Below are positions 57,289 through 64,000 of a stretch of 64,000 bases of DNA, piece by piece; position 1 is the first letter of the stretch; each line of letters opens with the position of its first letter. Origin of the DNA: an uncultured Chlorobiaceae bacterium (lineage in GTDB: Bacteria; Bacteroidota; Ignavibacteria; UBA10030; SZUA-254); NCBI GenBank assembly GCA_964523395.1, contig CAZFXS010000008.1:74693-138692 (forward strand). The letters run 5' to 3'. The notes below the pieces were generated by a model, which saw only the letters and a program-made list of their open reading frames with translations, made no database searches and was not told where the DNA came from. A program made the position numbers and the translations under genes.

Positions 57289-58344
57289 ATGATAACAACT
57301 ACAAAAGGAAATATCCTTCAAGCCGATACCGAGGCAATCGTTAATACCGTAAATACGGTCGGTGTTATGGGAAAGGGAATTGCTTTACAATTCAAAGAAA
57401 CTTTCCCTGAAAATTACAAATTATATCGTGATGCAGTCGCAAGAAAAGAAATTGCTGTCGGAAAAGTATTTGTAACCGAGACACATCAACTTTCAAACCC
57501 TAAATACATTATTAACTTTCCGACAAAAACTCATTGGAAAGGAAAATCCAAATACGAATTTATTGAGAAGGGTCTTGAAGACTTATCAAGAATCATTACA
57601 GAAAAAAAGATTCACTCTGTATCGGTTCCTCCCTTAGGATGCGGAAACGGCGGACTCCGCTGGGAAAAAGTCCGGAAATTAATTGTCGAGAAATTGCAGG
57701 GATTGAAGAACGTTACGATTGTACTATATGAACCTATTGCCTTGGTTCCTCAACTGAATAAACAAGAAAAACCTGCTGAGCTTACTCAATCCCGTGCATT
57801 AGTTTTAGCATTGATTAAACGCTATACCATTCTTGGATATGAAGTCACATTACTCGAAATTCAAAAGCTGGCATATTTTCTTCAGCGGTTCGGTGAGCAA
57901 TTAAAACTTCAATATGTAGCTCAAGATTTCGGGCCTTATGCATATAATCTAATGTTTTTGCTGCGCAACCTTGAGGGACCATACCTTACCGGGAAGAAGA
58001 AAATTGCCGATACAAAGCCTTTTGACACAATCAACATCCAGCAAGACAAAATCAATGCTGTCGAAACGTATATTCTAAAAAATTGCACATCTGAGCAACA
58101 ACAAAGACTTCAGACAGTGTATGATCTTATCCAAGGATTCGAATCTCCATTGGGAATGGAACTACTCGCAACCGTCGACTGGATTATGAATAAGACTGCA
58201 AATGACCAACGTACTATTGAAAATACCATTGCAGGCGTACATAGTTGGAATGAGCGTAAAAAGAAGCTTATGAAGGCGCAATACATAAAAGCTGCATACG
58301 ATCGGTTAATTACATTCAACAAAACCCTCTACGCTAATAATTAA
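57289..58344 (+). CDS. darG: DarG-like antitoxin (N-terminal macrodomain + C-terminal DarT-binding domain)
   Basis: Macro domain with GNILQADTEAIVNTVNTVGVMGKGIALQF and PPLGCGNGG. Length is about 350 aa. The start lies 4 nt after the darT stop. Confidence 0.7.
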   Translation: MITTTKGNILQADTEAIVNTVNTVGVMGKGIALQFKETFPENYKLYRDAVARKEIAVGKVFVTETHQLSNPKYIINFPTKTHWKGKSKYEFIEKGLEDLSRIITEKKIHSVSVPPLGCGNGGLRWEKVRKLIVEKLQGLKNVTIVLYEPIALVPQLNKQEKPAELTQSRALVLALIKRYTILGYEVTLLEIQKLAYFLQRFGEQLKLQYVAQDFGPYAYNLMFLLRNLEGPYLTGKKKIADTKPFDTINIQQDKINAVETYILKNCTSEQQQRLQTVYDLIQGFESPLGMELLATVDWIMNKTANDQRTIENTIAGVHSWNERKKKLMKAQYIKAAYDRLITFNKTLYANN

Positions 58345-58429
58345 GTAAGTCGCGATCCTCTCGCTTCTTTGCCTTTCTCCCCTCATTTCAATATATTTTT
58401 ATTGGAAGCAATCCAATAAGGGGACAATC

Positions 58430-60970
58430 ATGGCGTTCACCAGGACAGTAAAAATCTGGACTATCATTCTCGGCATTCCGGTATTTCTCCTCCTCGCCGG
58501 AGTCATATTTGCCAAAGTCTATTTTACATCAGAGCGGCTGAAAGCAATGGTGATCCCGCAAATTGTCGATGCCACGCATAGAGATGTTGGACTAAAAGAT
58601 ATTTCCCTCTCTGTCTTCCCCACGATCGCAGTTTCCATGGAAAGCCTGACAATTGCCAACCCCACAACCGGCACGTTTGAATCCGCTCATTTTATTTCCC
58701 TCGGAGAACTGGATGTTAACGTCAAAATATTGCCATTACTTGGCGGTAGCGTTGAGATCAGCGAAATAATCCTGAACAACCCGCACATTGCACTCGAAGT
58801 AACAAAAGACGGATTGAAGAATTATAAATTTGGCAAAGGAGATGAACCCGCTTCTGCTCCGAAAACATCGGCGGAGGGTTCTTCCGGCGAATTACTCATC
58901 GGAAATTTTCAGATACATAACGGCACTATAGAATCCATCAATAAAAAGTTCGATACGAGGATGCTCATCGAGGGCTTTGAGCAGACAACAAGCGCTGAAA
59001 TGCACCAGGGAGAGAACGCGTTAAAAATTCACGGAAGAACTTCCATCTCAACGTTCAGCTATGGCACACTCGGCGCGTGGTACATCAGCGATCAACCGGT
59101 GACGGCAACTGAAGAGCTTTCCTACTCCGCCGGAAAAGATGTTTTAACATTTGACGCGACTGAAATAAAAATAAGAGACTTGCCTCTGAAAGTGACCGGA
59201 ACAATTGCAGATGTAATGCAGGAAACATTGCAGATGGATCTTGCCGTCACCGCACCGAATGTTACCATGCAGCAGCTTCTTTCGTTGATTCCTCCCGAAA
59301 AACTAAAAGCCGCCGAAGGCATGACAAGCACCGGCGATGTCAGTTTCAGCTTGACGATGAAAGGCCCTTCAAGTGAGACCATGAACCCGGAAACGAAAGG
59401 AACATTTACGATATCAAACGGAACTGTCCAATACTCGGGGTTACCAAAGGCAATTACCGGCATTCAGGTCAACGGCATGTTTGAGCAACCATCCGCGCCG
59501 ATCGATAATAAGGATATCGGCACATTCAGCATCAATCAATTTTCGGCGAAGCTCGGAACAAACACCATCGACGGCAAACTGAAGGTGAATAACTTTAATA
59601 ACCCGACTCTTGCTACAACGCTCAATTGCGCAATGAATCTCGACGAGGTAAAAGAATTTTATCCGCTCGAGAAAGGAACAGAGCTTCACGGACTCATGAA
59701 AGCTGCTGTTACAATTAACGGTAAGCCGAAGATTCAGGAGTCTATCAAAGCCGATGGAAATGTCGAGTTTAAGAACGTGACAATGAAAACCGCGACTTCA
59801 CCGAAACCGTTGCAGAATCTTAACGGCAACATTACATTTAACAACCAAGTGGTCGAATCGAAACAGCTTGCAATGAACATCGGCGAGTCTGATATGAATC
59901 TTTCTTTCAGCGTGAAAAATTACCTTGGCATGGTGATGAAAGATTCTGCAAAGGGCAGCAGCAAGCCAACGGCAGCCCTCACACTAAAATCGAAACAGCT
60001 TCGCATAGCCGACCTCATGTCCGAAGAAAGTGCCGCAGCACCCGCATCATCGGGCGCCGGAAAAAGCGCACCACCTGCTGCAGCGGGCATCCTGCCGGGA
60101 ATGAAAGTCAATGCTGATGTTTCCATCGACAAACTCGTCACAGAAAAATTCACATTTACCAATGCCCGCGGTACTGCCGCCATGTCGGACGGCATTATTA
60201 ACCTCAATCAGTTTTCTGTCAATGCCTTTGACGGCACGATCAATACCAAGGGGATGATCGACCTCCGCGATCCGAAGAAAACTCCGTTTGATTTCAATCT
60301 CGATATCAAGAATGTGGAATCAAGTTCTCTCTTACCGAATTTCACATCGTTTGGCAAATATCTCTTTGGGAAATTTTCCACCTCTACAAAATTGAAGGGC
60401 GATCTGAATGATACGCTTGGATTAGACCCACAGTCATTACTCGGCAATGGCACTGTGTTGATTTCGGAAGGAAAGCTCCTCGGATTGCCGATCATGGAGA
60501 AACTTTCCAATCTTATTAACGTGAGCGAATTGAAGTCGGTGAATTTTAAGGATTGGACAAACGGATTCACCATTGAAAACGGCAGACTAAGCGTAAAAGA
60601 CCTTAAAGTGAATGCAGGAGAAACAGGGTTCTTCCTGAACGGTTCACAAGGGCTTGACGGTTCGTTAGATTATTCTCTGAATGTTAAATTGCCGGAATCA
60701 TTTTCCAACCGGATTAAACTTCCCGGTGTCGGCAATCAGTTATTAGAATATTTCAAGGACAAGGATGGAAAGATCAGTTTGAGTTTTGGTGTCGGCGGCG
60801 CAATGGATAACCCGGCGATCAAAATAGATACTAAGTCGCAGGAGGAAATGGCAAAGCAGGCGCTTGAACAAAAGAAACAAAAAGCGATTGATGACGCGAA
60901 GAAGAAACTTGATGATGAGCTGAAGAAAAAGCTTGGCGACGGGCTCAAGAACATTTTAAAGAAACCGTAA
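58430..60970 (+). CDS. AsmA-family outer-membrane assembly protein
   Basis: N-terminal TM anchor. A long beta-rich periplasmic region with AsmA-like organisation. A C-terminal Lys/Glu-rich helix. Confidence 0.65.
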   Translation: MAFTRTVKIWTIILGIPVFLLLAGVIFAKVYFTSERLKAMVIPQIVDATHRDVGLKDISLSVFPTIAVSMESLTIANPTTGTFESAHFISLGELDVNVKILPLLGGSVEISEIILNNPHIALEVTKDGLKNYKFGKGDEPASAPKTSAEGSSGELLIGNFQIHNGTIESINKKFDTRMLIEGFEQTTSAEMHQGENALKIHGRTSISTFSYGTLGAWYISDQPVTATEELSYSAGKDVLTFDATEIKIRDLPLKVTGTIADVMQETLQMDLAVTAPNVTMQQLLSLIPPEKLKAAEGMTSTGDVSFSLTMKGPSSETMNPETKGTFTISNGTVQYSGLPKAITGIQVNGMFEQPSAPIDNKDIGTFSINQFSAKLGTNTIDGKLKVNNFNNPTLATTLNCAMNLDEVKEFYPLEKGTELHGLMKAAVTINGKPKIQESIKADGNVEFKNVTMKTATSPKPLQNLNGNITFNNQVVESKQLAMNIGESDMNLSFSVKNYLGMVMKDSAKGSSKPTAALTLKSKQLRIADLMSEESAAAPASSGAGKSAPPAAAGILPGMKVNADVSIDKLVTEKFTFTNARGTAAMSDGIINLNQFSVNAFDGTINTKGMIDLRDPKKTPFDFNLDIKNVESSSLLPNFTSFGKYLFGKFSTSTKLKGDLNDTLGLDPQSLLGNGTVLISEGKLLGLPIMEKLSNLINVSELKSVNFKDWTNGFTIENGRLSVKDLKVNAGETGFFLNGSQGLDGSLDYSLNVKLPESFSNRIKLPGVGNQLLEYFKDKDGKISLSFGVGGAMDNPAIKIDTKSQEEMAKQALEQKKQKAIDDAKKKLDDELKKKLGDGLKNILKKP

Positions 60971-60973
60971 CGA

Positions 60974-61792
60974 ATGCGGAAACAGCTCGCAGTCCGCATC
61001 AAACCTAAACAATCCCTTGGGCAGAATTTTCTTGTTGACGATAATATTGTCCGCAATATTGTCAGAGACCTTAATTTACAAAAAGACGATATTGTAGTTG
61101 AAATCGGGCCGGGATTAGGTGCGCTTACCAGGGAACTTGCAAAGAACCTTGAGCGATTGATTGTTGTAGAAATTGATCAACGGGCGGTTGAAAAACTCAC
61201 AAAGGAATTTTCGGGATCAAATGTCACTGTTATCCATGGCGATATACTTGATATTCCTTTCGCGAACATCAGCAAGCAATCAGGCCGCAATATCAGGGTG
61301 ATCGGAAATATCCCGTACCACCTGACAAGTCCAATCCTGTTCAAAGTGTTTGATGAGCACGCCTCCGTCCGCGATCTTACCATCATGATTCAGCGTGAGG
61401 TTGCCAAACGTATACTTGCGGAGCCGGGATCAAAAGAGTACGGAATTTTATCCGTGATAACCCGTTGGCACGGCAAGCCAAGGATGTTATTCAGTGTCTC
61501 GCCAAATTGTTTTTATCCGAAACCGAAAGTAACCTCAGCCGTTATACAGATTACTCTTCATAAAAACGCGCCTTATAATGTAAATAATGTTATATTGACG
61601 ACCATCGTCAAGACCGCGTTTGGAAAAAGACGGAAAGTATTGCGGAACAGTTTGACCTATCTTCCATACGACGAGGCAATTGTACGAAAAATAATTTCCG
61701 AACAACGGGAAATGATGGACCGGCGTCCGGAACAGCTTACATTGGAAGAATTCGCAGAACTCGCAGGAATATTTCAACAGAATATGCAATGA
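60974..61792 (+). CDS. rsmA: 16S rRNA (adenine1518/1519-N6)-dimethyltransferase
   Basis: N-terminus LGQNFLVDDNIV, an AdoMet motif (VVEIGPGLGALT) and the NIPYHLTSPIL block. Confidence 0.9.
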   Translation: MRKQLAVRIKPKQSLGQNFLVDDNIVRNIVRDLNLQKDDIVVEIGPGLGALTRELAKNLERLIVVEIDQRAVEKLTKEFSGSNVTVIHGDILDIPFANISKQSGRNIRVIGNIPYHLTSPILFKVFDEHASVRDLTIMIQREVAKRILAEPGSKEYGILSVITRWHGKPRMLFSVSPNCFYPKPKVTSAVIQITLHKNAPYNVNNVILTTIVKTAFGKRRKVLRNSLTYLPYDEAIVRKIISEQREMMDRRPEQLTLEEFAELAGIFQQNMQ

Positions 61793-63225
61793 CAGAGCAG
61801 CAAAACAACAATATTGATCCGATTATCGTCAGTGAAGATCCGGTTCTTACATCGCAGGTTCGCGGCGTAAAAACCATTGAAGTTGATGATGAGTTGATGG
61901 ATGATATCCGGGAACTTGTGCGCGACCGCGCAGGCGCTATCCTGCTTAACATTATCACAGATCTGCATGCCGCTGACATTGCCGAAATAATCGACCGGCT
62001 CGATGCCGAAGACCGCGCGTTTGTCTTCAACCTGCTCGAGCCATCCGTCGGCAGCGCTGTCCTTCTTGAATTGAACGATGATGTCCGCAGCGCGTTACTC
62101 GAACCGCTGACATCGGAAAAAATCACTTCATATGTTGACACACTCGCTTCGGATGATGCCGCGGATCTTGTCGCAGAACTGCCGCCGAGCGTTGCGGATA
62201 CCGTTCTTCGTTCCATGCCTGCAGAAGATTCCTCCGAAGTCAAAGAGCTCATGCAGTATGGCGAGGACACCGCCGGCGGTATCATGGGAACTGAGTTTAT
62301 CTCGGTAAAAATGAACGACACCGTGAACCAGGCAATACGCGAAGTACGTGCAAGCGCGAAACAGGGAATGCAGATTTATAATGTCTTTGTTGTGAATGAA
62401 GAAGGTGTGCTCGTCGGTGTGCTGCCGCTGCAATCACTGGTGCTTCATTCGCCAAACCGCAGAGTGTATAAAATTATGGAAACAGATGTGAAAAGCATCA
62501 GCACTGATGTGGACCAGGAGGAAGTGGCTTCGATGTTCCGTAAGTACGACCTGATTTCGCTTGCGGTTGTTGACAAAGAGAGTAAACTTGTCGGACGCAT
62601 CACTATCGATGATGTTGTGGACGTTATCGAACAGGAGCACAGCGAGGATGTCGCGCGCTTGGTCGGTTCCGACGCGGAAGAACTTGAACGACGCTCACCT
62701 GCGCAAATTGCGTTACTCCGTTTGCCATGGGTACTAATAACGCTTGCGCTTGAATTCATGGCCGGTATTGTTATCCACTATTTCGATTCAACGCTCAGCC
62801 GCGTAATTTTGCTTGCGTCGTTCATGCCTATTATTTCAGCTATCTCGGGAAATACAGGTTTACAGTCAGCCGCGATTATTGTTCGAGCGATGGCAACAGG
62901 GCATGTTTCTCTCGATCGCTGGTGGCAACCTGTGTGGAAACAGCTTCAAACAACTCTCATCATTGGTTCAGTATGTGGAATTGTCATTGGAGTAGTCGGC
63001 GCAATTTGGCAGGGGAAGTGGGAGTTTGGGCTTGTTGTGGGAGTATCAATGCTCACCTCGATCAATATCTCAGGTGTTGTAGGAACTTGCTCACCGATGC
63101 TTTCTAAACGTTTTGGTTTTGATCCTGCACTTACCGCAGGGCCGTTTGAAACGGCATTCCAGGATGTTGTCGGAATATCGATCTTCCTTTCACTGGCAAC
63201 ATTCCTTCTTCACTGGATAGCGTAA
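61789..63225 (+). CDS. mgtE: magnesium transporter MgtE
   Basis: N-domain, tandem CBS domains, and a C-terminal 5-TM MgtE domain (AGIMGTEF...[14 protein letters not shown]). Confidence 0.9.
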   Translation: MTEQQNNNIDPIIVSEDPVLTSQVRGVKTIEVDDELMDDIRELVRDRAGAILLNIITDLHAADIAEIIDRLDAEDRAFVFNLLEPSVGSAVLLELNDDVRSALLEPLTSEKITSYVDTLASDDAADLVAELPPSVADTVLRSMPAEDSSEVKELMQYGEDTAGGIMGTEFISVKMNDTVNQAIREVRASAKQGMQIYNVFVVNEEGVLVGVLPLQSLVLHSPNRRVYKIMETDVKSISTDVDQEEVASMFRKYDLISLAVVDKESKLVGRITIDDVVDVIEQEHSEDVARLVGSDAEELERRSPAQIALLRLPWVLITLALEFMAGIVIHYFDSTLSRVILLASFMPIISAISGNTGLQSAAIIVRAMATGHVSLDRWWQPVWKQLQTTLIIGSVCGIVIGVVGAIWQGKWEFGLVVGVSMLTSINISGVVGTCSPMLSKRFGFDPALTAGPFETAFQDVVGISIFLSLATFLLHWIA

Positions 63226-63235
63226 TCTTCATATC

Positions 63236-64000
63236 ATGACGGCACTCAGAAATTTTTTCCTGAACCTCAGGCCGGTTGATATTCTTATCATTATATTTCT
63301 TCTTCTTCTCCCTGTTATTCATTTGTTCAACGCTTCGTCTGTGATTGGATGGGGAGCATTATTTTTCCTCAACATCATTATTATCATCCTCATTCAACGA
63401 ATCGCAACCGCGTCAATTTCTTCTCAGTCAAATGCGCTACGCATCGTGTACGATTTTTATCCGGTACCGATGATTCTTTTTGTGTTTAAGGAAATTCATG
63501 TTGTCATACAATCAATGGCAAGGGCTGACCTCGACAATATTTTTATCGCAATTGACCGCGCTATGTTTGGCGTCGACCCGACTGTCTGGATGATGCAGTT
63601 TACAACTCCCGTGCTGACGGAGATTCTCCAGCTTGCATACGTCAGTTATTACTTTCTCATGCTCTTGCTGGGAATCGAACTTTACAGAAAGAAGCAACAC
63701 GACCAGTTTTCTCTTGTGCTCTTTGCCATCGTATATGGATTTTTTCTTTCATATATCGGCTACATCCTTTTTCCCGGAGTGGGTCCCCGTTTTACGCTCC
63801 ACAATTTTACCACACTGAATGATGAATTACCCGGTCTTTGGTTATCAAACGCAATCAGAGATTTTATCAACGCCGGAGAGTCCATACCCAAAGGCGTTGA
63901 AAACGCAATGGCCCTGGCTCAGCGAGACGCGTTCCCGAGCGGCCACACACAAATGACGCTTATTGTTATGTATTACGCACAAAAGTTTTCCATCCGGTCG
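63236..64000 (+). CDS. PAP2-superfamily membrane phosphatase/transferase (3'-truncated at window edge)
   Basis: Multi-TM protein with PAP2 motif 2 (FPSGHT) near the window end. The frame is open to the last base. Confidence 0.55.
   Translation, partial: MTALRNFFLNLRPVDILIIIFLLLLPVIHLFNASSVIGWGALFFLNIIIIILIQRIATASISSQSNALRIVYDFYPVPMILFVFKEIHVVIQSMARADLDNIFIAIDRAMFGVDPTVWMMQFTTPVLTEILQLAYVSYYFLMLLLGIELYRKKQHDQFSLVLFAIVYGFFLSYIGYILFPGVGPRFTLHNFTTLNDELPGLWLSNAIRDFINAGESIPKGVENAMALAQRDAFPSGHTQMTLIVMYYAQKFSIRS

Larger units (their letters stand above)
51750..58400. other. low-GC defense island (Type III R-M + DarTG)
   Basis: By eye the composition is clearly more AT-rich than the flanking BMC and AsmA genes. 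The island carries four defense genes. Boundaries are approximate. Confidence 0.55.

Noticed and set aside
1-64000. Search for tRNA, rRNA and CRISPR arrays.
   Set aside because: No T-loop-like GGTTCGAATCC-type signatures with cloverleaf-compatible flanks were found in any intergenic region. No stretches resemble rRNA. No regularly spaced direct repeats of 24-40 bp with unique spacers were found. The only tandem repeat is the 14-bp x2 at 26786-26813.

Overview
This 64 kb window is a chromosomal segment, probably from an FCB-superphylum bacterium (Bacteroidota or Ignavibacteria-like). The evidence is three proteins with T9SS Por_Secre_tail C-terminal domains (the [10 protein letters not shown] motif), frequent absence of Shine-Dalgarno sequences, and a tolC-MFP-RND gene order.

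The backbone is housekeeping: an RND efflux operon, lon, pyk, a Sir2 deacylase, a penicillin-acylase-family protein, a translationally coupled hisA-pfkB-dapB-dapA-dapD-rmlD-like operon, serS, two ABC half-transporters, fbp, etfBA, pdxJ, rsmA, mgtE, and a PAP2 protein truncated at the 3' edge.

The following accessory or unusual features are superimposed on that backbone:
- a low-GC defense island (about 51.75 to 58.4 kb) carrying a Type III restriction-modification system (Mod and Res) followed by a DarT/DarG ADP-ribosyltransferase and macrodomain toxin-antitoxin pair;
- two stand-alone BMC-H microcompartment shell genes, one with a C-terminal Rho_N/SAP-like extension, separated by a spacer full of palindromes;
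- a four-helix-bundle ORF and a GxxExxY ORF, both recalled as families associated with rRNA intervening sequences, each flanked by inverted repeats;
- a Tyr/Trp-rich low-complexity lipoprotein between two outer-membrane beta-barrel genes;
- AT-rich orphan genes inserted into the dap operon and between the rmlD-like gene and serS;
- several families of dispersed intergenic palindromes, and a conserved roughly 40 bp upstream motif shared by two or three operons.

No rRNA, tRNA or CRISPR array was found. All protein identities were assigned by reading the translations and recognising family hallmarks by eye, with no database search.
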